A stretch of DNA of 64,000 nt, taken from the IMG/VR virus record IMGVR_UViG_3300028887_000068, positions 1 through 64,000 of that record. The stretch is one strand, 5' to 3'. The notes under the pieces are model-generated. The model had not been told where the DNA came from, ran no database searches, and saw nothing but the letters and a program-made list of their open reading frames with translations. This document shows positions 1-9,645 of the stretch, one piece after another; the stretch's first letter is position 1, and every line of letters starts with the position of its first letter. Origin of the DNA: a virus (taxonomy: Duplodnaviria; Heunggongvirae; Uroviricota; Caudoviricetes). Made by a program: the position numbers and the translations under genes.

Positions 1-1437
1 GTTGACACAGAAGAAGATGTTGAAGAAGACAAACGCAAGGGATACATGAAACTTGCTGCTAAGAACTTCCTAGATCTTAGTAACGATGACATTATCAAGA
101 TCGTTCAACCTGTCCTCGAAGGTAACATCCGCGAAATTGTTGGTAAGATGAAGCTTAAGGATATGATTGGAGATCGCCAACAGTTCGCTAAGCTCGTATC
201 CGACAATGTTGCTCCAGATCTTCATAACATGGGTCTGAAGCTCGTATCTTTCAATGTTCAGAATTTCCGCGACGACGTGAAGGGAAACGGTACAAGTATC
301 ATTGATGATCTCGGTGCTGATAATACTGAAGCTATCCGTAAGACTGCTCAGATTGCACGCGCAAATGCTACTCGCGATATCGCTATTGCAAAAGCTGCTG
401 CAACGAATGAAGCCAACGAAGCTGAAGTTAAAGCAAATACCATTATCGCCGAACGCAACAACGCTCTCGAAATCAAGCAATCTGACCTTAAGAAAGCTGC
501 TGATACCCAGAAGGCAGTTGCTGCTAAAGCATACGAAATCGAAATTGCCAAACAGCAGAAGACGATTAACATTATCAACGCTGAAGCAGAAACTGCAAAG
601 CAGGAAAAACTCATCGACGTCCGTAAGAAAGAAGTAGATGTTACGGAACAGGAACTCGAAGCTAAGGTTACGAAACCTGCCGATGCAGCTAAGAAGGCCA
701 ATATCATCAAGGCTGAAGGTATTGCACAGGCTCGGATCATCGAAGCCGAAGCCAATAAGAAGACTGCAACTATCAACGCCGAAGCTGACTTGATTGCTAA
801 ACAGAAATATGCCGATGCCGAAAAGTACAAGGCTGAAACCGCTGCTGCTGCTGAACTTACACAGAAGCAGAAGACCGCAGATGCTGAACGCTATAACAAG
901 GAACAAGAAGCAGAAGCTCTTAAGGCTACTGCTGCTGCCGAACTTGTCAAACAACAGAAGGAATCTGAAGCTAAACAATACGATCAGACTTGCCAAGCCG
1001 AAGGTATCAAAGCTCTTGCAGCTGCTAATTTGGAATCTGCCCAAGCTGAAGCTAAGGGTATCGAAGCCAAGGGTACGGCTGAAGGTGCTGCTATTGCTGC
1101 TAAGGGTCTTGCAGAAGCAGAAGCCAAGGACAAGTTGGCAGATGCCCTCAAGAAATATGGCGAGGCAGCATTGCAAGATATGAACCTTGCAGCTGTCAAG
1201 GAACTCATTCACGTATTGCCGGATATCGCTGGCAATGTAGCAAAGCCGCTCGCTGGCGTGAAGGAAATGAAGCTCTACGGCGAGGGCAACATTTCTCAGA
1301 TGACTGGCGATATCACGAAGTCTATGATGAAAGTCATCGACGGTGTTCAGGACGCAACTGGTCTCAATGTAGGAAACTTCCTCAACAGCTTCCTCGGAGC
1401 CAAGGCTGCCCAGATCACTGCCGATAAGAAAGAATAA
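1..1437 (+). CDS. SPFH/band-7 flotillin-like protein (5' end outside window)
   Basis: Frame 1 is open from nt 1 (VDTEEDVEED...) to TAA at 1435-1437. The N-terminal region is band-7-like and is followed by a long Ala/Glu/Lys-rich heptad coiled-coil region, as in flotillin/YqiK proteins. Confidence 0.6.
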   Translation, partial: VDTEEDVEEDKRKGYMKLAAKNFLDLSNDDIIKIVQPVLEGNIREIVGKMKLKDMIGDRQQFAKLVSDNVAPDLHNMGLKLVSFNVQNFRDDVKGNGTSIIDDLGADNTEAIRKTAQIARANATRDIAIAKAAATNEANEAEVKANTIIAERNNALEIKQSDLKKAADTQKAVAAKAYEIEIAKQQKTINIINAEAETAKQEKLIDVRKKEVDVTEQELEAKVTKPADAAKKANIIKAEGIAQARIIEAEANKKTATINAEADLIAKQKYADAEKYKAETAAAAELTQKQKTADAERYNKEQEAEALKATAAAELVKQQKESEAKQYDQTCQAEGIKALAAANLESAQAEAKGIEAKGTAEGAAIAAKGLAEAEAKDKLADALKKYGEAALQDMNLAAVKELIHVLPDIAGNVAKPLAGVKEMKLYGEGNISQMTGDITKSMMKVIDGVQDATGLNVGNFLNSFLGAKAAQITADKKE

Positions 1438-1460
1438 TTCATTCACCACCTAAACATCAA

Positions 1461-1490
1461 GTGTCAGAGCAATCTGGCACTTTCTTTTTT
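1461..1490 (+). terminator. rho-independent terminator
   Basis: Hairpin gtgtcagagcaatctggcac followed by tttctttttt. Confidence 0.6.
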
Positions 1491-1503
1491 GTATATTAAA
1501 GAA
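1489..1503 (+). promoter_or_regulatory. recurrent promoter-like motif TTGTATATTAAAG
   Basis: GTATATTA at 1491-1498, 40 nt upstream of the ATG at 1531. The same motif recurs upstream of many plus-strand genes. Confidence 0.5.
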
Positions 1504-1530
1504 GGCCATCTTTAACAATAGGAGACAACA

Positions 1531-2013
1531 ATGGCTAAGAAATACGAAGACTTTACGTATACTAATAAGCAAGAAGCTGTCAGAAGGGAAATTGAGAAGT
1601 GCGACTCAAAGTCCACCGGGTTGCAGGTTATTAAAGTATCCGAATCTAGCAAGGAAGTCAAGAAGCTCCTCGACGAATACACGTGTGAACTCGCCAAGAC
1701 CGAAGCATGGAAGGAAGTTACAGATAGCTACCAGTATAAGCGTGCTGTAGAAACAAGCTTCCGTTGCATCCGTAGCAAGATTAGCATGGATCCGCTGAAG
1801 ACATCCGAAGAATATATGGTATGGAACTTCTTGTACAGGTACGCAATGGTTGTCCGCGACAGACTGTACAATATGAAGCTCCTGTGTCCTGAACTCGTAA
1901 TCACACAGCTTGACAAGATTGGCGGTGGTTTCTATGATCCGGATATCCGTACGCTCACCAGTATTATCAATGAAACTGATCGCGAAAGAAGATCGATGGA
2001 AAGCTATGTCTGA
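1531..2013 (+). CDS. hypothetical protein
   Basis: 160-aa ORF. GGAGA lies about 8 nt upstream of the ATG. Confidence 0.6.
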   Translation: MAKKYEDFTYTNKQEAVRREIEKCDSKSTGLQVIKVSESSKEVKKLLDEYTCELAKTEAWKEVTDSYQYKRAVETSFRCIRSKISMDPLKTSEEYMVWNFLYRYAMVVRDRLYNMKLLCPELVITQLDKIGGGFYDPDIRTLTSIINETDRERRSMESYV

Positions 2014-2518
2014 CGAAATTAATAGACCTCCTTTTACACAACACCCGCTTCATGGCTTCATCATGGGTCTTGAACAGAGACGCTGTTATGATGCTAAGGA
2101 AGTGGACGACTACATTACAAAACTCCAAGATACAATTGCTGGACAGAAGACCGTTCATGATTGTTATCGTATGACGATGGATATGGCGATGACAAACTAT
2201 CTTTTCCAGATTGACAAGCAAAGACAGGCTCTCTTCAGGAAGAGATTAGAAGCGGCAGAATGGCAAGTGAGATACTGGTCTCTATTGTCTACTAAAGAGA
2301 CGGATATCTATTACGATGTGAGAAACCGTAGAGTTTCAACTTCACGGAATAAACTCAGGCCAAGTGCATGGGTTCATATCTGGCTTACGGTAAAACATAA
2401 GCTCGAAGCCTATATAGAAACATTCAATGCTCCGATAGAACTACGGCTGAATAAGATTATTTCGCCGGAAATGTTTAAGACTCTTTGGAAGCTTAGGGAA
2501 CAATGTTTGAAAGGTTAA
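2006..2518 (+). CDS. hypothetical protein
   Basis: ATG at 2006 overlaps the upstream stop (ATGTCTGA). The 1910 ORF start would give an unlikely long overlap. Confidence 0.55.
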   Translation: MSDEINRPPFTQHPLHGFIMGLEQRRCYDAKEVDDYITKLQDTIAGQKTVHDCYRMTMDMAMTNYLFQIDKQRQALFRKRLEAAEWQVRYWSLLSTKETDIYYDVRNRRVSTSRNKLRPSAWVHIWLTVKHKLEAYIETFNAPIELRLNKIISPEMFKTLWKLREQCLKG

Positions 2519-2709
2519 GACAGCTTTTTACTAAGAAGAATTCTCCATGCCGTCATAAGTGGGTTGCCTGTCATGATCCGTACAAACCAGAGCTAGGTAT
2601 ACATTACCGATGTTCTAAATGCGGCGAAAGACGGGAATCCATGTTTGAAGGACAGGAGAATGGAAGCTTTTACTCATTAGATCATTACATGATTCACAGA
2701 GGAAGATAA
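2503..2709 (+). CDS. small zinc-ribbon protein
   Basis: 68 aa with CxxxxxCH...CSKC cysteine pairs. It overlaps the previous gene end. Confidence 0.45.
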   Translation: MFERLRQLFTKKNSPCRHKWVACHDPYKPELGIHYRCSKCGERRESMFEGQENGSFYSLDHYMIHRGR

Positions 2710-2711
2710 CT

Positions 2712-3281
2712 ATGGGGCTATTCTCTTTTATATTCGGTAAACCAAAGACTAAAGAAGAACCAAAGAAAACAGCCTTTGAGCCAAGAGTAAAGACCGACTA
2801 CTTTACCACAAGGACTGTTAGAGCAGATTGCCAGAACTGTTGTCATAGACGTTCCGTTACTGGAAGCTTCTTCGAGTGCGATAAGGGATTCCCTGAAGAA
2901 TGTCTTGCACCCGAGCCTAAGAGCCCAAGGTCATGCCGAGAGATTGGAAGGGTTACGACAACCCTTACCTTTGACGAGCGTAACTTTGATGAGGAAATCA
3001 CTATCCCGTGCCTCTTAGCTTGTAGACTCGAAGAAGAATTGAAGCCGTATGAATGGTGTCAACATATTAAAGAAGACATTGACGTCATACTTTATGATAG
3101 AGAAGTCATCTTTAAGGTGATGATTTATTTGGCTTCGGAAACAGTTTATGACGGCGGTGATTACGGTATATTCATGGCTGATGTTGCAGAGAAGATAAAG
3201 AGAGACAAAGATCTCATGCGATACATCGGCAAGAAGTACGGTACAGCTAAAAAACCATTTTACCTTGAAGAAGAGGAGTAA
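2712..3281 (+). CDS. hypothetical protein
   Basis: 189-aa ORF starting 3 nt after the previous stop. Cys-rich N-terminal half. Confidence 0.6.
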   Translation: MGLFSFIFGKPKTKEEPKKTAFEPRVKTDYFTTRTVRADCQNCCHRRSVTGSFFECDKGFPEECLAPEPKSPRSCREIGRVTTTLTFDERNFDEEITIPCLLACRLEEELKPYEWCQHIKEDIDVILYDREVIFKVMIYLASETVYDGGDYGIFMADVAEKIKRDKDLMRYIGKKYGTAKKPFYLEEEE

Positions 3282-3284
3282 ATC

Positions 3285-3860
3285 ATGGCAGAAGAACTTG
3301 ACATGGAAGAAGTTCTTACAGTAGAACGTCTTTCAAGATTCATTGATATGAAAGGCTTATCAGAGGAGTGCAACGAATTCTGCATTAATCTGTATAAGAA
3401 AGACTTGAAGAAAGCCGCTGCCGTTCCAGTGGGTGACAGATTCTTCGCTTGGGAAGGATGCTACTCTAAGAGAGCATATGAACTCGCAGGAGAAGACTTC
3501 GACCGTGGCGGTGACTTTGGCTACATTTGTGCTAATCAAGAATTCTTCCCGTTTGGGTTTATCGACCCGAGTTCCAAGGATACTAAGCCCGAGGAACTTG
3601 AAGGCGAATTCATGACTATCGACGATATGACTAAGATCAATCCGGCTATTACCGTTGATTCTGTCTTCGAACAGTATAGAGCAATTCGCGATGGAGAATA
3701 TACTCCCGGTGATGGGAGATATAACTTCAGCGATTTTGGATTCTCCGAAAGGGATGAGCCTACTGATGACCAGATGAAGGCATGGCTTGCTCAGCTTAAG
3801 TTCGAGAAGCTTACGGATGAAAGAATCCTGAAACTTGGCCCAGAAGACTTCTTTGGTTAG
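3285..3860 (+). CDS. hypothetical protein
   Basis: 191-aa ORF. GGAG precedes the ATG. Confidence 0.6.
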   Translation: MAEELDMEEVLTVERLSRFIDMKGLSEECNEFCINLYKKDLKKAAAVPVGDRFFAWEGCYSKRAYELAGEDFDRGGDFGYICANQEFFPFGFIDPSSKDTKPEELEGEFMTIDDMTKINPAITVDSVFEQYRAIRDGEYTPGDGRYNFSDFGFSERDEPTDDQMKAWLAQLKFEKLTDERILKLGPEDFFG

Positions 3861-4218
3861 GTTGCTCATGAATCTAATTATCAGCGTAAGTGCTGCTAAT
3901 GTCTTCGGTTTGGTTACGGAGATCATGCAGAAGATATCGCATGACCATATGATCAATCTCAAGTACTTTTCTAACAAGCCAAATCCGAACGGAGGTTATA
4001 TTCTCGAATTCGAGGATATCGACCGTGGAGAAGGCCCTGTCACTGTAGAGTACTCTAATGTAGAAGACTTTGCTCGGAACTTTGCCGAAGCGTATAATGA
4101 CATGACGAAATACTCTGATGGTTTTGAGCTTGTAACAGAAGTAATAGGACTGTTGGCTACAACAGTAAAAGAAGCGGAAAAGAGCGAGGTTACTCATGGA
4201 GATAAGAATAAAGCTTAA
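3835..4218 (+). CDS. hypothetical protein (start uncertain, alternative ATG at 3868)
   Basis: 127-aa ORF overlapping the upstream gene end. Confidence 0.45.
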   Translation: MAQKTSLVRLLMNLIISVSAANVFGLVTEIMQKISHDHMINLKYFSNKPNPNGGYILEFEDIDRGEGPVTVEYSNVEDFARNFAEAYNDMTKYSDGFELVTEVIGLLATTVKEAEKSEVTHGDKNKA

Positions 4219-4537
4219 CCTTGATAGTCTTCAGGATCTCGTTAATGAAGCCTTAAAAATCATGGCTGGTTATGGGCGTATCAGCGGTTTTTCAAATATA
4301 AGGAACGATGATGGTCATTATACCGCGAGACTATTATCTCCTTATGGCCCTGCCGATACTATTTGCTATAGCAATATCTTTGAATTCATCGATGGATGCA
4401 ATTTTAATGGGCTCGGGATGGACGCCAAGGATGCTGTTGTAAGAGCCATTTTAGAACATGCTCACAGAGACGATATTCTAGATGAAGAAGATGCCTTCTA
4501 TAAAGGCGCAAAAATAGAAAAGACTTTGTGTCTCTAA
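4196..4537 (+). CDS. hypothetical protein
   Basis: 113-aa ORF. GAGGT precedes the ATG, which overlaps the previous gene. Confidence 0.55.
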   Translation: MEIRIKLNLDSLQDLVNEALKIMAGYGRISGFSNIRNDDGHYTARLLSPYGPADTICYSNIFEFIDGCNFNGLGMDAKDAVVRAILEHAHRDDILDEEDAFYKGAKIEKTLCL

Positions 4538-4544
4538 GTAATAA

Positions 4545-4576
4545 TGGTATCTGAAAGGATACCATTTCTTTTTTTG
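4545..4576 (+). terminator. rho-independent terminator
   Basis: tggtatctgaaaggatacca hairpin followed by tttctttttttg. Confidence 0.7.
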
Positions 4577-4594
4577 CGAATTTTGTATGACGAA

Positions 4595-4607
4595 TTGTAT
4601 ATTAAAG
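4595..4607 (+). promoter_or_regulatory. promoter-like motif TTGTATATTAAAG
   Basis: GTATATTA at 4597-4604, 42 nt upstream of the ATG at 4639. Confidence 0.5.
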
Positions 4608-4638
4608 TATGTTCATATTAACCATAAGGAGGTACAAA

Positions 4639-4926
4639 ATGAACAAAAATATCTTGCAGTTATGGATGCAGGACAACTTTACTCCACCTGTCGGAGTGCT
4701 CGATGAGTACTACGATAAACAGAAGGAAAAGACGGATATTATGCTTCGTTTTAAAGGCTGGCTCCCATTCTTTCTCTTCGATGAAATCCGTATAGATTCC
4801 GGACGTATTCCAAAAGACATTCCGCATGTCGAAGACAGGATTTCGATATGGAAAAATATCGAGATTTTAAGAAAGTATTACGGACTAGAACCTCTTCCAA
4901 GGATAGAGGTACCATCATGTCTTTGA
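4639..4926 (+). CDS. hypothetical protein
   Basis: AAGGAGG lies 6 nt upstream of the ATG at 4639. The ORF-track start at 4609 lacks an RBS. Confidence 0.6.
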   Translation: MNKNILQLWMQDNFTPPVGVLDEYYDKQKEKTDIMLRFKGWLPFFLFDEIRIDSGRIPKDIPHVEDRISIWKNIEILRKYYGLEPLPRIEVPSCL

Positions 4927-5240
4927 AAATAGATCTCTACAATCGTGACGGCTGGTGTGGAAGAGCTGACAACATTTCATGCGCAGATGACTGGGCAGAA
5001 AACGCCAGTGGTAAAGTCTACACTACAACTCTGACGGAAAATGGATCTGCTGTAGGTCTTCCCAAGCTATGGGGATCATCGTTTTATAATCTGGGTGCCA
5101 TCGAGTCCTATTGGGTTCATTCCAAGACTCGCGGTGACATCCTTAGAAGCGAATTGAAGAAAGACGAAGAGTTCGAGCCTGTGACCATTCCGGAAGGTTA
5201 CAGGAAGGACTACGAACGTCGTCTCGAAGACGATGATTAA
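4917..5240 (+). CDS. hypothetical protein
   Basis: In-frame ATG at 4917 overlaps the upstream stop. Confidence 0.5.
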   Translation: MSLKIDLYNRDGWCGRADNISCADDWAENASGKVYTTTLTENGSAVGLPKLWGSSFYNLGAIESYWVHSKTRGDILRSELKKDEEFEPVTIPEGYRKDYERRLEDDD

Positions 5241-5246
5241 AGAATA

Positions 5247-5275
5247 AGCCCAGTGACAGTGGGCTTTCTTTTTTC
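5247..5275 (+). terminator. rho-independent terminator
   Basis: agcccagtgacagtgggct hairpin followed by ttcttttttc. Confidence 0.7.
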
Positions 5276-5288
5276 TAGTATATTATAA
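5276..5288 (+). promoter_or_regulatory. promoter-like motif AGTATATTATAA
   Basis: GTATATTA at 5278-5285, 52 nt upstream of the TTG start at 5330. Confidence 0.45.
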
Positions 5289-5329
5289 AAAAGAAAAATA
5301 AACCTTAAAAACCAAGGAGAACAAGACTG

Positions 5330-6562
5330 TTGGAAACGCTGTTGAAATTATTGACCGAAAGATCCGTGAAAAGACTAGCTCTAAGTGATCTCGATAAGAC
5401 CATAGTCGATTTCATTGAAAGTAGTACGAATATCAGGGGAGACCTGAGCTTTGAACTTCAAGAAATCGACTTTAGGGTTCCACATTTTAATGTGGAGAAT
5501 CTCTCTGTGTTTGGCAATCAAGATCATACTCGTTTTGATAGTATGATACGCCAGCATGGGACTATCTATACCTCAATGTTCGGACAGTTCGTTAGAGAAT
5601 CCGGTGCCTCTGGTTGTCTATGGCAATTTGACAGAATCGATATGACTAGCGAAGCTGTCAGAGAGGCTACCAAAGAATTCGGACACAAGGAATTTGATGG
5701 AACCATTGAAATTGACAGAAGTGGCAGAGAAGAAGCCTTCGACAGAGTACTCAAGGCATGTCACTATAGAGAGATGGATTTCGGCATCAAAGTATACTTC
5801 AAGAGCAGTATAGGCTTAAGAAGCACTATCAATGGGAGCTTCGATGCAGAATCTTATTACGAAGCTGTTTTGTCGAACATCAAGTTCGTTAACAGAATGA
5901 AAAAAGTGGGTTACGATAGAGCTATAGTAACCCTCAGACATATAAGATACTGTCTGGAAAAGCCGCCTTCATGTTTAGAGAAGATGGCTATGTTTCCTGC
6001 TGGATTCCAGACCGAAAACGCATATCGCGATGACATTAAGTTTACGGCTTGGCAACTTCAAGTACTGTATTGGATATTGCAGGATCCCAATAACTTCTAT
6101 ATAACCGGAGACGGCTCTCACTACTTTACAGTACATAACAGGCGTCTGGAGGCCAAGATGACAAAGGACGAAGTCATGATACAAACCGTTGGTAACTCCT
6201 TCAAGAGTCTGACCAATGTCTTGCATGAAGTGAACTTTCCGGGTATCTCTGAAGAAGAGATGGGTGTATTTAATGCTATCTATAATCCAGAATACAATCA
6301 GACAGAGTTAAATGTCGACAGGGATGCTGCGATCATCGATGGTATTGATACAACAATAGAAGCTCTTGAGAAGACTATGGTCACATTGAAGATGGCCCAG
6401 AGTATGAATCGAGAGACGCTCGAAAAGTATCGTTATGATGTATCGGCAGTTATCTACGAAAAGATAAAGAACGATCCGATGACTTACAGTGTACAATCAA
6501 ATAACGAAACCATCAAGAAATTAGCTAACAGTCTACTTTCCAAAATCGAAGAGGAAGAATAA
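5330..6562 (+). CDS. hypothetical protein (TTG start)
   Basis: 410-aa ORF. AAGGAGA lies 9 nt upstream of the TTG at 5330, and there is no in-frame ATG nearby. Confidence 0.6.
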   Translation: METLLKLLTERSVKRLALSDLDKTIVDFIESSTNIRGDLSFELQEIDFRVPHFNVENLSVFGNQDHTRFDSMIRQHGTIYTSMFGQFVRESGASGCLWQFDRIDMTSEAVREATKEFGHKEFDGTIEIDRSGREEAFDRVLKACHYREMDFGIKVYFKSSIGLRSTINGSFDAESYYEAVLSNIKFVNRMKKVGYDRAIVTLRHIRYCLEKPPSCLEKMAMFPAGFQTENAYRDDIKFTAWQLQVLYWILQDPNNFYITGDGSHYFTVHNRRLEAKMTKDEVMIQTVGNSFKSLTNVLHEVNFPGISEEEMGVFNAIYNPEYNQTELNVDRDAAIIDGIDTTIEALEKTMVTLKMAQSMNRETLEKYRYDVSAVIYEKIKNDPMTYSVQSNNETIKKLANSLLSKIEEEE

Positions 6563-7389
6563 TGTCTATACCCGAATTGCTTGAAACAAAGACCCATCAA
6601 ATCATTGACGAAGTCACTAAAGAATTCAAAGACCTGCCATTTGCTGTTTGTACGAAATTTGTGAATCGCGTCTATTGCAACGAAACATTTGATGGAAAGA
6701 AAAAGCCAGTCGAATACGAAGAACTGCCCTTCTCTGTATACGTTGATGGGATATTCACTGCTGATGGACACCTTATCTACAAAGGTAAGGGTTACAGTGT
6801 GCAAGTGGGTGATACTGTCGAAACTGAGACAAGGCGTTTGTTCGGAATCAAAGTCTTGAAAGAAGGCGAAGACCTTATTCTCCTCTATAACCGCAGGGGA
6901 GAAAAGCTTAAGGTTCAACTCGGTAAGGTTGGCAAATTCAACAACACTGAACAATGGGAAAGCATTATTAATAGCGATCTCTTTAGACGTGTTATGTCCG
7001 GAACCATTGCCGACATGATTTACGAGTGCGACAATCTTTACTACTCTTTCAAATCCGAAGCGTTCATCAATAATGTTGAACGATGGGTTAATCCACCTCA
7101 AAATGAGGTTCGTGGCCCTAAAGAATGGAAAGGTCTCTACGGAATTCTGTCATTTTCTGGCAACAAAATCGGTGTTGTCGGCGAAGGCAATTTCAAGTAT
7201 GACGAAGCTGTAAACAGCGTCAAGAGGGCTTGTAATTGCGTGACTAAAGCCATTGGAGCCGAACCAGTCTATGATACAAACAGTTATAAATGCCTTAAGG
7301 CAGTAATCGAGTTCGGAAATGAAAGACATACATGGGAAGTTATTCCTATGGAAGTCTTGCTTAACATTGCCGACGAAAGAAAAGCTTAA
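6562..7389 (+). CDS. hypothetical protein
   Basis: 275-aa ORF. The ATG overlaps the previous stop (TAATG). Confidence 0.6.
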   Translation: MSIPELLETKTHQIIDEVTKEFKDLPFAVCTKFVNRVYCNETFDGKKKPVEYEELPFSVYVDGIFTADGHLIYKGKGYSVQVGDTVETETRRLFGIKVLKEGEDLILLYNRRGEKLKVQLGKVGKFNNTEQWESIINSDLFRRVMSGTIADMIYECDNLYYSFKSEAFINNVERWVNPPQNEVRGPKEWKGLYGILSFSGNKIGVVGEGNFKYDEAVNSVKRACNCVTKAIGAEPVYDTNSYKCLKAVIEFGNERHTWEVIPMEVLLNIADERKA

Positions 7390-7412
7390 CTTAACCAACC
7401 AAAGGAGAAATA

Positions 7413-8417
7413 ATGTTCATTATTTTCAGAAGAGCTAAGATCGAATTCACCGTCTCGGAATTCGAAGATATGCTTAACAATCATATGAGCATCTTTGCTC
7501 GTATTGAAAGCGAAAGTCTGGGAGAAACAAAGGGAGACCTTGATCTTTCCTTCCCAGACAAGAAAGAATCGGGCGGTGATATGAGTTTGGGAGACATGTC
7601 GGAAGACATGAGCCTTCCCTTTCTCGACAAGGGAGAAACAAAAGAAGACACTCCCAAAGACCCTTTCGGTGTATGTGACCAATGCAGAAATGAACCTGCT
7701 AAAGAGCCGCACCACATCGGCCTCGATGATATCATTGCAAAGAAGGCAAAGCGCACCTCTAGGAAGAAATCTGCTCCTAAAGATACGCCTGTTGAAGTAA
7801 AGGAAGAACCCGTAGAAGCCGTCAGCACTCCAAGGGAAATTCCTAATTGCAATATGTTCCTTATCGCTTTCGCTATTAAGGCAGCAAGCCACCATGTCTT
7901 CTATAGCATCTATATGACGGAAGATGAGTATAGCCAGCTTGACTATCTCTTCTCTAAGTTCGGCGAACATCCGTTGTATTCTGACGCTCCGGCATTCGCT
8001 ATCCGTGATGTTCAGTCTGTTCGCGGTCACAAGGATGAAGTCAAGACAGAAATTACTTGGAGCGAACTGAAGCAAATTTTCAATGCTCCGTTCGTTGAAG
8101 GTAATGGTTCCACGTTTGACAGCCATTTCGACAGAAATGCTGTCTGCATTGAACGCTGTGAAAGTGTCCTCAAGGCTCTCTGCTACAACCTCGGCAGGTC
8201 TCCCTCTGGCTTAAGCCTCGAAGAAGAAACAGCGAATGATAGACTTCTTCGCCGTGATAGGGAAGGACTTCTCAGTTATGTCTGTATACGTTCTGCATTC
8301 AGGGATCTTCTCAAGGTCTCTAGCGATACGGACAATCTCGAAGTTGCACCTGACCCGCGTGCTATCTTTACCACCACGCTCGGACTGGACGAAGATCTCG
8401 TCAAGGTTAATTCCTAA
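7413..8417 (+). CDS. hypothetical protein
   Basis: 334-aa ORF. AAAGGAGA precedes the ATG. Confidence 0.65.
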   Translation: MFIIFRRAKIEFTVSEFEDMLNNHMSIFARIESESLGETKGDLDLSFPDKKESGGDMSLGDMSEDMSLPFLDKGETKEDTPKDPFGVCDQCRNEPAKEPHHIGLDDIIAKKAKRTSRKKSAPKDTPVEVKEEPVEAVSTPREIPNCNMFLIAFAIKAASHHVFYSIYMTEDEYSQLDYLFSKFGEHPLYSDAPAFAIRDVQSVRGHKDEVKTEITWSELKQIFNAPFVEGNGSTFDSHFDRNAVCIERCESVLKALCYNLGRSPSGLSLEEETANDRLLRRDREGLLSYVCIRSAFRDLLKVSSDTDNLEVAPDPRAIFTTTLGLDEDLVKVNS

Positions 8418-8427
8418 CAGTGTTTTA

Positions 8428-8470
8428 TAAAAAAAAGGAAGGCTACCGCAAGGTAGTCTTCTTTTTTTTT
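8428..8470. terminator. bidirectional terminator
   Basis: An A-run, then the hairpin aggctaccgcaaggtagtct, then a T9 run, between convergent genes. Confidence 0.7.
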
Positions 8471-8476
8471 CGGATC

Positions 8477-8785
8477 TTAGAAATTCCATTCTAAAAGCCA
8501 AGTATCTGTCACTTCGTCTACCCACTCCTTTCCCTCCAAGCGAGGACTGACGAATGACGTGATCTTAGTAAGCTTATAACCAGCTTCTTCCATCTCTGCC
8601 TTGAACTTTAGGCTAGAAGAAGATCTCACTTCTATGGAAGTATGGGTCAGACCCATCTTTATAGCCATAATGATGAACTTCTCAAGCTTATCTTTCAGTC
8701 TAGAGTAGTATTCGCTGTAGAACGGATAATCGTCTTTAACAGCTCTCATTTTCTCAATGGAGCGCAGATCTTTTGGGCTTAGCAT
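8477..8785 (-). CDS. hypothetical protein
   Basis: 102-aa ORF downstream of nadE on the minus strand. Confidence 0.5.
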   Translation of the reverse strand: MLSPKDLRSIEKMRAVKDDYPFYSEYYSRLKDKLEKFIIMAIKMGLTHTSIEVRSSSSLKFKAEMEEAGYKLTKITSFVSPRLEGKEWVDEVTDTWLLEWNF

Positions 8786-8807
8786 TTTCTCTCCTTCTTA
8801 TGGGAAT

Positions 8808-8839
8808 CACAAAATAAAAGGGCTACCATTTGGTAGCCC
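8808..8839 (-). terminator. terminator-like hairpin after nadE
   Basis: gggctaccatttggtagccc hairpin. On the minus strand it is followed by a T-rich run. Confidence 0.5.
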
Positions 8840-8861
8840 TCTTTACTCGTGCTTTGATGTT

Positions 8862-9629
8862 TCAACCAGAGAAGGCAGGAAGATATGCCGGAATATTAAG
8901 CATCTTGCGCTTGTATTCCATACGCTTCATGCGATCTGCCAGAGCAGTACGAACACCTTCGGACAATTCGTTAATGCCACCACGGATGAACGTATCAATC
9001 TGTTTGTAGGTGAACCCCATTTTCTCTTCATCAGACTGGCCAGTCAAGCCATCAGACGGAGTCTTGAGAACAAGGTCTTCAGGCAACCCAAGAGCGATAC
9101 CGAGTTCACGGACTTCGGTCTTGGTCAAATTAGCCATCGGAGCGATGCTTCCCATGTCAGCCCACATGGTGAAATATCCTATCATGAGCTCAGAGAGATT
9201 TGCAGTACAGATGATCAGAGAATCGCCAATAGTCTGTGCGATAGCAGTTTCAACAGCCGTTCTTACATGCGGAGTGATATTGGTATTAGCTTGGACGCTG
9301 AGATCTTGCTTAGCCGGAAGAGCAAGCCTTACAGTCGCCTTAGCCGCAAGCACAGCCATAGCAAGGTTAGCTTCGATAGTGTTGACAACGCCAGCAGCCT
9401 TGGCAGCACGCTTTGCGTCATCGAGGTCAACTTGAACACCGTTAGGCATGAAGATACCGTAAACATGTTCCGGGCCGACAGCCAAGGTAGCAACCTTAGC
9501 AAGAACGGTGGAGTCGGCACCGCCACTGATACCGAGAACGAGGTTCTTCATTCCGGCATCTGCAACGACCTGTGCCGTCCAGTCTACGATTTCTTTTTTG
9601 ACGATGTTAATGTCGTGAATCTTTTTCAT
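8862..9629 (-). CDS. nadE: NH3-dependent NAD+ synthetase
   Basis: PP-loop signature LVLGISGGADSTVLA (SGGxDS). Its roughly 255-aa length is typical of NadE. Confidence 0.85.
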   Translation of the reverse strand: MKKIHDINIVKKEIVDWTAQVVADAGMKNLVLGISGGADSTVLAKVATLAVGPEHVYGIFMPNGVQVDLDDAKRAAKAAGVVNTIEANLAMAVLAAKATVRLALPAKQDLSVQANTNITPHVRTAVETAIAQTIGDSLIICTANLSELMIGYFTMWADMGSIAPMANLTKTEVRELGIALGLPEDLVLKTPSDGLTGQSDEEKMGFTYKQIDTFIRGGINELSEGVRTALADRMKRMEYKRKMLNIPAYLPAFSG

Positions 9630-9645
9630 TTTTGTATACCTTTGG

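Noticed and set aside
70-1449. 459-aa minus-strand ORF antisense to the flotillin-like gene, plus nested ORFs 302-637, 348-830, 794-1183 and 984-1208
   Set aside because: These are open only because the sense strand is a low-complexity GCT/GAA/AAG repeat. There is no RBS. The products would be low-complexity Leu/Ser/Phe strings.
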